From positions 116,498,001-116,562,000 of the forward strand of contig NC_043000.1 in NCBI RefSeq assembly GCF_006345805.1: a stretch of 64,000 nt of DNA, written 5' to 3'. Under the pieces are notes generated by a model that worked only from the letters and a program-made list of their open reading frames with translations, did no database searches and had not been told where the DNA came from. How positions within the stretch are numbered: the stretch's first letter is position 1; every line of letters starts with the position of its first letter. Below, in pieces: positions 1 to 14,840 of the stretch. The DNA comes from Octopus sinensis. Lineage: Eukaryota. A program made the translations under genes and the position numbers.

Positions 1-514
1 ACATGCATACAGTCATTAGTAAACATCAGCTATTACAATATTTATATATTAACAGGGATTCTTATTAAAAGGCAGAGCGCTGCAAATAAATATACTCAAT
101 CTAATAAAGAGACACTACAAAACGTCCTCGTATGAAATTACACATCAAGAGCGCCAAAAATGAAATATCTGGGAAATAAACTAACAAAATGGCAGTTTAC
201 GCTAAGTACTTTATCGATTTCATCCTACTGACAATAATGTATCGCCATTACGAAAAGCCGTTTGATCTTTATTCAGCCAAACCCACTTCCCACCCAAAGT
301 AAACAGGTTAGTAAACTCACCATTTGAACAACACCCAACAGACCATTAGTATGTTATATGTCTTCGTTGTAATTGTGTGTGTGTGTGTGTTTTATATGTC
401 TACGTCACGGTGGGTTTCCCAATAGGTTTATAAACGATTCATCAAAGGCCGTTCGAATAAAGAAATACACATGCTTTGCAATATATTTCATGCTCGTTGT
501 CGTTTGTTAGCATC

Positions 515-660
515 CTCCTCTTCCTGCTCCTCATCCTCCGCCTCGTCCTCCTCCTCCTTCCTATTCATCATATTAATCAACCGCATCATTATATTTGTTT
601 ATAGTGCTCGGGATATATTTTTATCTGTTGTCGTTAATGTCATTTCTACTACTACTACTG

Positions 661-695
<35 letters not shown>

Positions 696-944
696 ACTGC
701 TGCTGCTGCTGCTACTATTACTACTACTGCTGCTGCTACTACTACTACTGCTACTACTACTTCTACTGCTGCTACCACCACTACTACTACCACTACTGGT
801 ACTACTACTACAACTACTACTTAGTAATATTGCTGTTAGCGCTTCACAGCCGTTAAAGTGAGTACAATTAGGGCACTGGGGTAAATGTTACTAAACTAGT
901 CCCCTCCTCCAAAATTTCAGGCTTTGTACTTATACAACAATGGA

Positions 945-975
<31 letters not shown>

Positions 976-995
976 TATTATTATTATTATTATTG
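515..995. repeat. Trinucleotide low-complexity tracts (CCT)n, (CTA/CTG)n, (TAT)n
   Basis: Directly visible; they explain the poly-S/T/A/L/I ORFs at 471-1065. Confidence 0.95.
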
Positions 996-1068
996 TGGAA
1001 TTGCGTGGCTTAGTGGTTAGGGTGCTGGATTCATAGTCGTAAAATTGTGCTTTCGAGATCAACAAAAA
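996..1068 (+). mobile_element. Isolated tRNA-derived SINE head fragment (family C-like)
   Basis: A-box-like tggcttagtggttag followed by a degenerate B-box; similar to the heads at 61390 (+) and 53387 (-). Confidence 0.6.
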
Positions 1069-1332
1069 TGTTTTCTTCTTTCTCTCCCTTTCCTTCTTTT
1101 ACTTTAACACACTTTTCAGATACAAAAACACATACACACACGTGCTCTCTCTCACTTTCTCCCCATTCATCACCCTCTTGTACTATCTTATATCTCTCCT
1201 CACCACAACACACTTAATAAAACTATAAAAAGAGTCAAAATTCTTGCAAAAACTTAGTTCAGTTTGAATACTCCTCATTTCTTCTAATATATAATACCTG
1301 TACATCATCTCCCAAACTAGTAATACACACAA

Positions 1333-1371
<39 letters not shown>

Positions 1372-1372
<1 letters not shown>

Positions 1373-1672
1373 CACCGTGACCGACCAGGCCATCAGATGT
1401 TGTTATACATCGCTGGTCACAATGCGCTTCGCATTGTTTTAGCCTTCAAGTGACGCCACCCCGCTGGCTAAGTGAGCAGGCCAACAGAAGAAAGAGTGAG
1501 AGAAAGTTGTGGCGAAAGAGTACAGCAGGGATTGCCACTACCCCCTGCCGGAGCCTCGTGGAGCTTTAGGTGTTTTCGCTCAATAAACACTCACAACGCC
1601 CGGTCTGGGAATCGAAACCGCGATCCTACGACCGCGAGTCCGCTGCCCTAACCACTAGGCCATTGCGCCTCC
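1372..1672 (-). mobile_element. Full-length tRNA-derived SINE, family D
   Basis: Minus strand reads ggaggcgcaatggcctagtggttagggcagcggactcgcgg...ggtttcgattccc (A and B boxes), then body and 3' tail. Head and body match 41809+ and 50147+. The 5' end abuts (TA)n. Confidence 0.9.
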
Positions 1673-1775
<103 letters not shown>

Positions 1776-1778
1776 CTA

Positions 1779-1830
<52 letters not shown>

Positions 1831-1870
1831 CATATATAGATATCATATATATACATATATATATATCATC

Positions 1871-1908
<38 letters not shown>

Positions 1909-2089
1909 ATATAGCGTTTTCAAACACAGCGAGTGAGTAAGAGATATCATTTCCCCTAATATATGTGCTTGCTTAAATTATGGCTATTACAAGACTTATA
2001 TTTTGAGATAATACACAAATATATACATTTACTAGAGCTAGTGGATAATTATTCGATATATAATTCCACAGGTATTCATCCCCATTCGA

Positions 2090-2330
2090 TTACCATATAC
2101 ACGTAGATAATCGAACACAAACGAAGCTCGGTATAAAGAAATTCACCCAGGAAAACACATATTAACAGACATCGGTTATTCTAACAAACTATTATACGAA
2201 GTCATCAAACAGTGCAAACATATAAAGTGAGACGAAAATCACAACGCACAAAATACATTAGACGCAACAGCTATAAAAGATGCAGAGGAAATGGAGCGAA
2301 ATATATTCGACGAATCAAATGCGTAATAAC
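2090..2330 (+). mobile_element. Possible decayed Penelope-like RT C-terminal fragment
   Basis: Translates to KEIHPGKHILTDIGYSNKLLYEVIKQCKHIK*, resembling the L..NGY....I motif after PLE RT domains. Stops are present and this was recognised by eye only. Confidence 0.3.
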
Positions 2331-2647
2331 CATTAAACCGATTAAGAAATTATTAATATCTCATAAAAATCTCAAAGTCTACACCACTGAATCATAAATG
2401 AATATACTACAAAAATGCTAAAATTAGAATCACTTCCCTCAATAACGAACTGTAGAAATGTCAATCTCCGGAAAATATAGCAGTGACGAATGATATATAT
2501 TTATAATACCTTCCCCTCCACGCTTTGAATAAGGTCATATTGTTTGAAATATTAGGATTATTTAAAATCTTACGGCAAAACATGCATCTTGACCTATAGA
2601 ACTTTTATTAATTTTATACATCTCTCTCTCTCTCTCTCTCTCCCTCC

Positions 2648-2697
<50 letters not shown>

Positions 2698-3820
2698 ACC
2701 ATCTATCTATCTATATATCTATCTGTCTGTCTTTGCACATACCTGCTAATATACATACAGTTATATATATATGTGTAGGTCAGTATAACAGTATGTGTTT
2801 GCAGGTATATCTAATATAATATTTGTTAAGTAAAATAAGTAAGCATATCCTTCTACCCCTGGTCTTCCAATTACACTCGCAAACTATGGTCTCCTATCAC
2901 CATCTTCTTCAAAGTGAACAATTTAAAAAAATTTTCTTTTTTCAAAACTTGTGCTTTCAGGAATATGGACCAGACTTCACTTGAAGAAATGGATAATTAA
3001 TTCTTGGTGGCTGATGTACTGTATCTTGTATAAGACAGTTCATGTATTAAAACATTGAGCATGAACAAATATGTAATATAATATTGATGCTGTTTGAATG
3101 TAAATAAGAGAATAGAACATAAAATATGGTTTGGGAAAGAGGCGTATACGTGTCTGTGTGAATGTGTGTGTGTGTATGTGTGATAAGAACAAAAATATGC
3201 TTCAGGGAAATCTGAAGGAGTGGGCGTAAAAAGAAAACAGCAAAGATGAAGTAAGGTAAAGTAGGATGAATTCAGAAGTGTTATGCAACAGAGATGCAGG
3301 AAAAGAAAGGCGAGTGTTGGGAGAAAGAATAGCGAAAGGGATGAGAAAAAGAGGAAGGAGAGCAGAAGAAACACATCAATGAAGATAACAATGGATAGCC
3401 TAAAGTGATGATACCACATATATCTATGCATTTAAAAGGGTTTTCTCTCTGAAGTTGAAGTTAACCAATAACGTAACGGATGGATATGAATTCGTTTCAA
3501 GCAGTCAATGCCCAAACTTAATGTTCAAACGAAGGTTGTCGTTATACAGGTTTTTTAAATATATATCTTTCCTCTGCATTGCTTACACCTTTTATTTCTA
3601 CTTTTGTAAGGTCGACATTTTTCCAAGATTTTCCATTCCATCATGTCGACAGGATTTTATACTTTCGATTCCAAATGAATTTAGAAAATCTGTCGCATAA
3701 AATGGATCAAGTTGATTACCGAAAATATCAATAATTTTATATATGCTTACTTTGCATTAAAGGTAATTTATTGGATATTGATATCTCTTAGACGGTTTTT
3801 ATAACCTCTAATTGCACTCA

Positions 3821-3881
<61 letters not shown>

Positions 3882-4957
3882 TATACTACATACATACACA
3901 CATATATATATTACATATATATTATATATATATACTACATACACACACACACACATATATATTACATATATATATTACAAATATCTACTACACACACATA
4001 TATATTACATATATATATACATATATATATTATATATATATATAATATATATATACTACATACACACACACATATATATTACATATATACTACCTACACA
4101 CACACACATATAATATTATTATATATATTATATATATATATTATATATACATACATATATATATATAACGTTACTGTGTTGCAAGGTAAACGTTTTTATC
4201 ATGTTTCATAGCAATCAACCTATCAAAATGTATTTCGTTCGTTTGAAATAATAATATTTCTAATTTCATCTCTAGCGTTCTATTCTCTCTCAGCCACATC
4301 TTCAGGATATGGAATGGTGTTTTCATTTGCATTAGCCATTTCTTAATAAGAAGTATCTATTGTTAATACAGCTTTTACAGAGAGAATTTGCATATTAGAA
4401 TATCACGTCATAAGAATCCTGTTTTGGCCAAAAGAGTTCTTCCTTCGACATCCAATTCGTATTTCTTTCCATTACGGTTAGACTTAAATGCTGACATGAT
4501 TATATTCTTTGTGATGTGTCTGTGTTTCTTTTATACTACTATTAGCTTTGTTTACTGATATGAGATTTCTCTTCCACAGTTAATCATCTATTTCACTGGG
4601 GAAATCTATAAGGTATACACAAATTATTTATTGATATTAATTATTGTATGATGTGGCATTGTAAATGCCTGAAGAACCTATGATAAAATATACTCATGTC
4701 GGTTCTGTGTGACATTTAGAATCGTGAAAATTGTAGCGTTACATTTCACAAAAAATTTATAAATTAGGTTGGTAACTCGTAATTGTTCATGGATTTATAT
4801 TCTTGTGATTTGCCGACAAGGCTGTTTCTTTACCGAATTCTTTTGTAATATATGATTAATGTAGACGCATTTTTTTGTTTCGTTTATGAGATTTAAGCAA
4901 GATATATATGTAAGTATGTATATATGTGTGTACACATATGCTTCCATTACATACCTA

Positions 4958-5041
<84 letters not shown>

Positions 5042-6455
5042 CATATGGATAGGTAGATAAATAGATAGATATACATATGCATATACACATATTCAATGCA
5101 TATATTTATATGCATACATATGTTTATATATACACACATATACATATACCACTCCCCACATATATTTGTATATATATATATATACACATAGAGAGACTAT
5201 ATATGATATACATATATGTGTGTCTCTGTGTATATTGTGTGCGTGTGGATGTGTTTGCGCCCGTGTCTGTGTGCGTGTGTGCCTTTTGCACACACATATA
5301 TTTCAATGCCCAACAGGTATTGAAGGGGTTTTGTAATAAAAAACCATATATAATATCCACACAGTCCTGAAAAGCGAGCGAATAATAACACAAAGAAGTG
5401 TTCCATTCTACGATGATGTATTACAATCTCATATTCGATGCATGTTACTTTACTTCCATTTCGTTTCACCTTTTCTGTCTTTCATCTCTGTAAAACAGCT
5501 TAATTTTTCACCGCTTTGTTTTGCTGAAACCCCGAATGTGCCCAGATTTTTTTCATAGCTTCAGCAATATATATTATGTAAGCGGCCAATTGCATTAACT
5601 ATATAATCGGTGGTGTGTATTACGCTTGTGTTATATATAGTCATGCATATATATACGTACACACATATATGTATATATATACACATACATACATGTATAT
5701 ACATACACACACATATGTATATATATATACACATACATTCATGTATATACATACACGCACATATATATAGATAGATACCAAAATTTATCTATATATCTGT
5801 AAATGCTTGTATATATATAGAGGGAGATAAATATATATGTTTGTATATTATAGATATATATGTATGTACATATACACACATAAATATTTAATATATACAT
5901 ACACACACACGCACGCATAAATAGTATATATACACAACATATTGCATTCAATATATCGCAGAAATGCTAGCATCAGCAACAACAATGATGAAACAACAAC
6001 TACTACTACTAATAATAATAATAACAGAATAATAATAATAATAATAATAATTATAATAATAATAATAATAATAATAATAGCGATAAGCTTTAAATATTAA
6101 TATTTTTCTTCAAATTATAAACGAGAATACATTATTTTTAAAGATTTTGCACCGGTGTGGTTTGATAACTTAAATCCATGCGAGTAGGAACCTTAGGAAA
6201 AAACAAAAGCTTTTTGTACTAACATCGAAGGAATCAATAAATCCATGTTCTCAATGGAATTATGGTATCTGTCATAATATAACTTTTTTCATCTGTATTT
6301 TATGATGTTTTAATCTTCTTTTAGAGAATAACTATCAATGGTCAGCTTTTTAATATCTACCTTTTATGAAGTTCACTCCGATGATGTTTATATTTTTACT
6401 TTTACCGAAATTAAAATCATGATTTCTATCGATGTTCTTTGTATTTGGATTATCC

Positions 6456-6828
6456 TGCGTGGTAAGTAGCTTGCTTACCAGCCCCATGTTTCCGGGTTCA
6501 GTCCAACTACGTGTCAACTTGGTCAAGTGTCTTCTACTATAGCCTCGGGCCGACCAAAGCCTTGTCAGTGAATTTGGTAGACGGAAACTGAAAGAAGCCC
6601 ATCGTATATATGTATATGTATATGTATGCGTGTGTTTGTCCTACCCCCCCAACATCACTTCACAACCGATGTTGGTGTGTTTTCGTCCTCGTAACTTAGC
6701 AGTTCGGCAAAAGGAACCGATAGAATAAGTACTAGACTTACAAAGAATAAGTCCTGGGGTCGATTTTCTCTGCTAAAGGCGGTGGTCCAACATGGTCGCA
6801 GCCAAATGACTGAAAAAAGTAAAAGAGT
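6456..6828 (+). mobile_element. SINE family A, slightly 5'-truncated
   Basis: Matches the family A pattern: ggtaagtagcttgcttacc, ggttcagtcc B-box, gggcaagtgtcttctactatagcctcgggccgaccaaagcc body, internal TA/TG microsatellite, aagtaaaagag tail. Confidence 0.9.
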
Positions 6829-7112
6829 ATTATGCGGAATAAACCAACGCAACAAAGCACATCTCTGTAAATGGAATTCTTCGGGTTTTATAATGGTAAG
6901 GATGCATAAAGATTTGATTGAACATAAAAGTGCAGATTTGCTCAGAGTTATACGCCGAGTATAACAAACATTCACCAAAGTCACCACTGGTGTAAATTGT
7001 CTCAACAATCTTCTGGAAATTGTATCGAGAACTTGGGCCGATTCACATGCATACTGATACCGGAGTTCTTGCATTGGACGTGTGAAAAATTACGTTTGAA
7101 ACATCATAATTT

Positions 7113-7405
7113 ACGCTCCTCCTCCTTTCCCTCTCTGCTTCCTCCTCCTACTCCTTTTCCCCTCCTCTTCCTCCCCCTTCTCCTCCTCCTCCACTTCCTC
7201 TTCATCCTCCTCCTCTTTCGCTTCATCCTCCACCTCCACTTCCTCTTCCTCTACTTCCCCTTCATCCTCCACTTCCTCTTTCTCCTCCTCTTCTCCTTCC
7301 TCCTCTTCCTCCTACTCCCCTTCTTGTTCCTCCTCCACTTCCTCTTCCTCCCCTTCTTGTTCCTCCTCCTCTTCCTCATTCTCCTCCACCTCCTCCTCCT
7401 CCTCC
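7113..7405 (+). repeat. About 290-nt polypyrimidine (CCT/CTT) tract
   Basis: Almost purely C/T with scattered A; explains the L/F/P-rich ORF 6997-7569. Confidence 0.95.
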
Positions 7406-8170
7406 TCATCATCATCATCATCACTATCATCAGCAGCAGAGGTTACAGCAGCAGCCACACGAACACCACCACCACCACCACCCTCTTGCCAACTGCATTT
7501 TGCATTGATAAACGTTTCGAAGTAGTAAATGCTTCACATGTTAGATTATATATATTTCCTATAAACTAACTTAAATACGCAGTGTTCAATTATATTACAA
7601 TATGATACCAAGGAAAACGAGGCAAAAATTGATTGTTACATGCCTCTTATATTCAAAATAGGAAAGTAGGAATTTCTTTTGATATTTCATTGCTCTATCT
7701 TTCACTTCAAAAATTATTTCCGTATAGTAGGAATGAGCTTCCTCTTATGGATAAAACAGACGGAAGTATGAATAACTCTCATATTTTGCATAGTTGTTCA
7801 GATCGCATAGTACAAAGGTTAACACCAGCCGTGAAACTTACCTGAATACTAATTATAATAGTGTTTGTAGTATTTCAATCATTACGTTACGGCAATGCTG
7901 CGGCGGTACATACAGAAACTAAGTCGATCAAATAGAGCCCTGTACTTATATATAAGTATATATGATCTATATGATCTACATAGGATTTCTTTCATCGGCC
8001 ATTCTTTGAAGAATATATAAGTTACGGAGATAAAAACAAAGCAGTGTTTTGAAGGCGGTGAGAAACATAACAAAAATAGGCGCATGTACACGGATATACA
8101 TACTCACACACAGACTTATATATATATATACACCTTGGTACGAATTAATATATATATATATATATATATA

Positions 8171-8530
8171 GGAGTAGGAGTGGCTGTGTGGTAAGTAGCT
8201 TGTTTACCAACCACATGGTTCCGGGATCAGTCCCACTGCGTGGCACCTTGGGCAAGTGTCTTCTACTATAGACTCGGGCCGACCAAAGCCTTGTGAGTGG
8301 ATTTGGTAGACGGAAACTGAAAGAAGCCCGTCGTATATATGTATATATATATATATGCTTGTGTGTGTTTGTGTGTCTGTGTTTGTCACCCTAGCATTGC
8401 TTGACAACCGATGCTAGTGTGTTTATGTCCCCGTTACTTAGCGGTTCGGCCAAGAAGACCGATAGAATAAGTACTGGGCTTACAAAAGAATAAGTCCCGG
8501 GGTCGAGTTGCTCGATTAAAGGCGGTGCTC
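8171..8530 (+). mobile_element. SINE family A, 3'-truncated
   Basis: Runs from the ggagtaggagtggctgtgtggtaag head to ggcggtgctc; flanked by TA and TATC microsatellites. Confidence 0.92.
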
Positions 8531-8538
8531 TATATACA

Positions 8539-8597
<59 letters not shown>

Positions 8598-8666
8598 ATA
8601 TATATATATATGTATAAGTGTGTCTATGTATATATGTTCATATCTATTTATCTATCTATCGATATA

Positions 8667-9672
8667 TCTTTATATATATAAAACTGAGAGTGTGTCTGTC
8701 TGTGTGTTTCCTTAAAACTTGAGAACTACACAACCAATTTCATTCAAAATTTACACATGCCTTACTTAGGGTCCATGTAGTTTCATGGGCAAAAAAAATG
8801 TTCAACTTCTTGCCTAGAGCGAGCCCATTGCAATATCATATCTTCTCCACTATTTCAGTATTACGTGTTAAAAGTGAAACAAAACCATTTCTCTATTTTA
8901 TGTCAGATACTTTCACTTTAACAATAAAAATAATAATAACAATTGAATTATATGCAGTAAGTAATAATTAAAATCAAACTAAAGTATAATATGATTGTAG
9001 CATAAAAAAAAAGTAAAAATAGTAATTGGTATAAAATTGCATCAATAACTTGAATGAGTGGTTTCACATGAATGGGAATAAATTAAAAATGAAATTAGCG
9101 TGCAGAAATGGAATAGTCCAGATGGATAATAAAAAATTAAATTAATGAAAAAACTATTGTCTATGAAGTATACAATGTAGAGAAAAAAGAAGATTTGAAC
9201 ACCTGGAGGAAAGCACCTTCGAAAAGTGTCTTGGTGCGACTATTAAAGATATCTAACTAGAGGCAATAGAAGCAAGGGTCGAGTCAGCGGAGCGTGCAAG
9301 AGAGTAGTCGACTCGAACTCGCAAAGTGGAAATATTTTATTTTTACCTTTATATCTGGGACATAGAACGTGCCGGAAAAAATTAAAAATCCCCCCCATCC
9401 CCAGAAGTAGAGGTAGGCTGGATTGTAGCCACACTTCTATACAAGAGGGAGGACAAGATACAATTGATCGAAATTACAAGAGACGGGCTAACAATTCCAG
9501 TCTGTTATATATTTTGAGTATTGTTATCACTAGCGATATCAAGATATAACTTTGTATTTTGTATTTTATATGTATTTTATATGTAGATTTACATGTAATA
9601 TGTACACATATATATACACATATATACATGCACTAGCACTATGACCCGGCAACGACGGGTCTTTAATGCTAG
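8667..9672 (+). mobile_element. Non-autonomous Helitron (family H1, copy 1)
   Basis: 5' A|TC-tttatatatataaaac and a 3' GC-rich hairpin followed by CTAG; no TSD or TIR. Homologous in reverse complement to 53405-54560. Confidence 0.75.
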
Positions 9673-9694
9673 AGTAAGTATATATATATATATA

Positions 9695-9799
9695 TAGGTG
9701 TGTCTATGTACATATGTTCATATCTATCTATCTATCGATATATATATATACATATATGTATAGGTGTGTCTATGTACATATGTTCATACCAATCTATCT

Positions 9800-9842
<43 letters not shown>

Positions 9843-10240
9843 TATATATACATACACACACACACATGTATACATATATACACACACAAACACATATATA
9901 CATATATACACACACAAACACATATATATATACACACACAAACACATATATACATACATACACACTCAAACACATATATACATACATACACACACACACA
10001 TATATACATACATAAACGCACACACATATATACATACATACTCACACACATATATACATACACACATATACATACATACACACACACATATATACATACA
10101 CACACACATATATATATATACATACACACACACACATATATACATACACACACATACATACATACACACACACATACATACACACATACACACACATACA
10201 CACACACATACATACACACACACATACACATACATACATA

Positions 10241-10284
<44 letters not shown>

Positions 10285-10300
10285 CATATATATATATACG
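9695..10300. repeat. About 60-bp minisatellite units followed by a long (CA/TA)n compound microsatellite
   Basis: gtgtgtctatgtacatatgttcata...tctatctatcgatata occurs at about 8618, 9698 and 9763. Confidence 0.85.
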
Positions 10301-10821
10301 CAAGCGTGTCTATGTGGTAAGAAGCTTGGCTCCGAGTTCAAGCGTTTTCTACTATAGCATTGGGCCAACCAAATCCTTGTTAGTGGATTTGGTAGACGGA
10401 TACTGAAAGAATCCCGTCTGAAACAAGCAAAAACAACAGAATTCAAAAAAAAAATATATATCTATAAGTAAATCTACATATTTATTTATTTATTTGTCTA
10501 CTAATTCACGCACACACACATGTCCTTTTACTTGTTTCGCTATGCGGTTGAGAAGCAAGCTTTTTACCATACAGCCACGCTGTACCTATATCGCCTATAT
10601 ACAATATATTTATATTTTACTGGAAAAAGCCAGAATATCGAGTGAAGAAATGATGGAGTTATGTAATACTTAAGTCTTACGTATAGTCATGTAATATACA
10701 TTTTGAATAAATGTCCAGCTGTGGAGACACGTGCAGCGAAAATTTAGCCTGTCCATTCTTGTTTCTTTACAAAGTGCATATGTTTCTATGTAAAGTTTAC
10801 ATTGAAACATATGCACAGCTA

Positions 10822-11400
10822 CATATGCGCAGATCAGGATCAAGCGTTAAGAACCAAATATATGAAGTGCAGAATAGACAACACTACCGATAGCGACAAA
10901 TGCAGAATGTGTGGTGAGAGTGGTGAAATGGTATGGCACTTCGTTAGCAAGTGCTATACCACTTGGCTCAAGTGCCATACCATTTGGTCCGAAATTGGCT
11001 CAAGGTGAATACAAAAGAATCCATGGCAATGTGGAAAAAATGATCCATTAGGAACTCTGTGGAAATCACGACCTTCAAAGAGCAAAGACATGGTATGAGC
11101 AAACTGCAGAAGGAATCAGCGAAAATGAGAATTCCAAAATCCTGTGGGATGCAAAGATCTTGTGCAACCTACCGACTAGATATCGAAAACCGGACATTGT
11201 TGAGGTGAAAAATGAAGAGAAAGAACTTGTATGATAATCGGCATAGCACGCCCCGTTGACGATAGGGTCAATGTGAAAGAAGAAAAAATAAACAACTAAT
11301 GATTTAAGTGTGAAATACGAAGGTTGTGCTCAGTGAGGAGAGTAGACGTGATACCAATTGCAATTGGTGCATTTGGAAGTGTCAGTACTTAACTACTAAC
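10822..11400 (+). mobile_element. 3' part of an R4/Dong-like (restriction-like endonuclease) non-LTR retrotransposon, degenerate
   Basis: QDQALRTKYMKCRIDNTTDSDKCRMCGESGEMVWHFVSKC (CCHC knuckle), then KILWDAKI..RKPDIV..(IIGIA)..VDVIPIAIGAFG (PD-D/ExK region), with frameshifts and stops. Confidence 0.85.
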
Positions 11401-11510
11401 ATGAAAGGGTAAAAAGTAAAGTCGACCTCGGCGGAATTTGAACTCAGAACGTAGTAATGAGCGAAATACAGCTAAGCATTTAGTCGAGCGCGCTAACGAT
11501 TCCGCAAAAC
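11401..11510 (-). mobile_element. SINE family B 5' part, interrupting the end of the LINE
   Basis: gtcgacctcggcggaatttgaactcagaacg...gctaacgattc, the reverse complement of the family B head. Confidence 0.85.
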
Positions 11511-11562
11511 AAAAACAATATTATTGGTCTCTTAGATCGACCCCATTGGTAGCTATTTTATC

Positions 11563-11898
11563 GAATCTGAAAGGATGGAAGATAAAAACTTATTTTATCG
11601 ACCCTTGTGGAAAAAATATGAAGCCAATATCATTATTATTATTATTATTATTGTTGTTGTTATGTTTAAGCCAGACTTTGAAAACATTTGAAAAGCTTCA
11701 TCTAATATGCCACCATATAGAATCTGAAAGGATGAAAGGTAAAAACTTATTTTATCGACCCTTGTGGAAAAAATGTGAAGCCAATATCATTATTATTATT
11801 ATTATTATTGTTGTTGTTGTTGTTGTTGTTGTTGTTATGTTTAAGCCAGACTTTGAAAACATTTGAAAAGCTTCATCTAATATGCCACCATATAGAAC
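11563..11898. repeat. Local tandem duplication, two units of about 160-175 bp
   Basis: gaatctgaaaggatg...ccaccatatagaa occurs twice, differing mainly in (TTA)n/(TTG)n length. Confidence 0.9.
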
Positions 11899-12465
11899 GA
11901 GAAACAATTATCCTTCAGACAAAATGTTATAATTTCTATTGCTTCTAGAAATCTGTCAACAGTATGATTGCAAGATTCCACCGTCATTGTCTTGTACAAC
12001 GAAAATTACTTTAACGCTTACGGATCAATCTATACACACACACACACACACACACACACGGGTATATGTATATATGTATGTGTATATGTGTGTATGTGTG
12101 TACGTGCGTGTGTGTATATATGTATGTATGTTTGTATGTATCTGTATGTATGCATGTGATAGATATGTGTATATATGTGCGCCTTTGTATGTGTGTGCAT
12201 GGATATAATTTAACTTTCATGAACTACTTGTTTCTATCATCAGACTGCGACGATTATTGGGCATGGCTTTGAAGAATATTAGTCGAATGAATCGACCCCA
12301 TCATGTGTGTGTGTGGTGTGTGTGTGTGTGTGTGTGCGTGTGTGTATGTGTGCGTCTGTGTATATATATATATACACGCACACACACACAGATAGCGAAA
12401 GTGAGAGGGAAGGAGAGAGGTTTTCTGCTCTAGGGACAAGGCGCGAATTTTGTTTTGTTTTTTTG

Positions 12466-12640
12466 GGAAGTCAACCGATTAGATCGACCCCAGTACGCAA
12501 TTTGTACTTAATTTATCGACCCCGACAGGATGAAAGACAACGTTGACTTCGGCGGAATTTGAACTCAGAACGTAAAGACAGACGAAATATCGCTAAGTAT
12601 TTCGCCCGCCGTGCTGACGTTTCTGCCAGCTCGCCGCCTT
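12466..12640 (-). mobile_element. SINE family B
   Basis: Ends in ttctgccagctcgccgcctt (reverse complement of head aaggcggcgagctggcagaa); B-box gagttcaaattcc. Confidence 0.9.
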
Positions 12641-14417
12641 AAAGACAGAGAGAGAGAGAGAGAGAGAGGTGAAACAGATGTGTATGCAAATTGTGAAATG
12701 TATTCATAATCACTAGACCATAAGACAATCTAATTAAACTGTTAAATATTTGGCTGGGAACATCTACAGAGAAATACGAAGTAGTTTAAAGCCTACCTTA
12801 TTCCTCCGTTGATTCAGAGATTTATTGACCACGTATAACGTTTTCGTGGTCTCTGTTACTTGCTGGTTCTTCCACTAATGGTATCTCATTATCTCACTCG
12901 ATTTTCGTTTGTTACATATATATTTCATATATTCAAATAGGCACACACATACATATAGATACATTGGCACAATATATTTCGTGTATGCATTATGTATGCG
13001 TATATTTAAGTATGTGAGCGTGGTTGTGTGTATAAAAGGAATTATGAAAGTTGGTCGTCGGTTTTGTAACTAACTTCGATTAAGAGATATATCGGCCTCT
13101 TATTGCCGATAAAAATCAACGTATTCTTGGATGTCGTAATGTAATAAAAAAATATTTCTGGACAGGGTGTAAATGGCAGCTAATATTTTTTCCTACATTA
13201 TTGTTTATTATGTAGAGTTAAAGATCATACATAAACTTCTACGGGCGAACTTTTCCTTGGCAATAGAAAAAAATTCAATTAACTGTACCTCTTAAAATGA
13301 ATTATCTACAATGCCATAGAGAAATTGTTTCGTTGCACTTCCATTTAACGGTGGAGGTCAATGTGTGATTTTAACTTCCTTCAAATCATAAATATAGTAC
13401 GCCGTTTGATAGCTGTCAACGTTTATCATAGTAAGGTTTCCGGTCTCTAGAGATGTGTATATGTATATATATATATATATATATATCTATAATAGATGTG
13501 TGTGTGTGTGTGTGTGTGGTGTGTGTGTGTGTGGTGTGGTGTGTGTGTGTGTGTGTGTGTGTGCGTGTGTGTATGTATATATTTAATATATTTATTTTAT
13601 ATATATTATATATATATTATATATATATATATGTACTATGTAAGTATGCTTATTTATATATATATTCCTAACGCTCTCGGACCACATATACACACACATA
13701 CATATGGATATATGCATATATTTTTAGGTTAATGTGTAGATTCATAGAATAGTGTAGCTTTCACACTTTCACAGAAAGATCCTCTCACGGGCTCGGCCAG
13801 CAGACTACCTAATCCAATTCAGACCAGTATAATTCAGTGTTCCATGTAGCTGAATTCTAGAAGAAATATTCGATTGATGAAATTGTATTGAGTATATAAA
13901 CTATAAAAAGTCAGAAGGTATGAGAGGTGTACATATATATTAAACTACTTGACATCGCTAGGATTGCGGCCGTTTCTCAGCCTTCTTTATTTAATAATAA
14001 TTTCATTGTATAATAAATTATATTTACATATCTACATTAATATGTATGCGACGCGTTATACAATACAATTGTATATACAAAAATCAACTTAGGTAAAGAA
14101 AGATAGTTCTTCACATCACAAAATATCAACACAACGTTTTGGTTGCACCAACGATTCAATGTATACATACAAAAACATCTCTTTAACTATATAAAGTATG
14201 GAAGACCGATACGAAGTAAAATCAGCTTGGTATGGTTAGTTAGAATAACTATATATCAATTAAAGTGATAAATCTACATTCAGGAATTCACTAACCTTCA
14301 TGTTAAAAACAAGACGGGTTAAAAAGAGGAATCCATGTAGTTAGAGTAAACATAAAATATAAATACCTTTTACAGTATATACCTTAATGGTTTATATATA
14401 TATATATATATACGCAT

Positions 14418-14450
<33 letters not shown>

Positions 14451-14580
14451 CGCATATATAAACATACATACATACATATATATACGCATATATAAACATA
14501 CATACATACATATATATACACATATATAAACATACATACATACGTATATATTTACGCATATATAAACATACATACATACA

Positions 14581-14614
<34 letters not shown>

Positions 14615-14623
14615 CGCATATAT

Positions 14624-14666
<43 letters not shown>

Positions 14667-14840
14667 TATATATAAAATGAAGCGTTAGTACGAAGCAGTG
14701 TTTAGACAGAAGAATTTATGCTTGTTGAAATATCGTTCGCGACACATTTGACCTGCTAAAAGGCAATTACAATGCAGCTACCTTGGAGAATAAATCTCTC
14801 TTATGGTAAAAATATGTGAAAACGGCGGTTCGTATATATA

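Noticed and set aside
5315-5370. Exon candidates (plus VLKGFCNKKPYIISTQS, faintly PTP-like; minus DCVDIIYGFLLQNPF)
   Set aside because: The plus frame ends in a stop with no donor, the minus exon lacks a credible donor, and no neighbouring exons support either.
7510-7545. Hammerhead-like gaag...cttc-GAAACGTT (minus)
   Set aside because: No recognisable CUGANGA core or stem I.
9700-10446. Long ORFs of 130-245 aa here and at 18202-19555, 20941-21632, 25289-25763, 38308-39206 and 40130-40742
   Set aside because: They are translations of TA/CA/TG/TATC microsatellites (IYIY, HTHT, VCVC, LSLS) with no coding signal.
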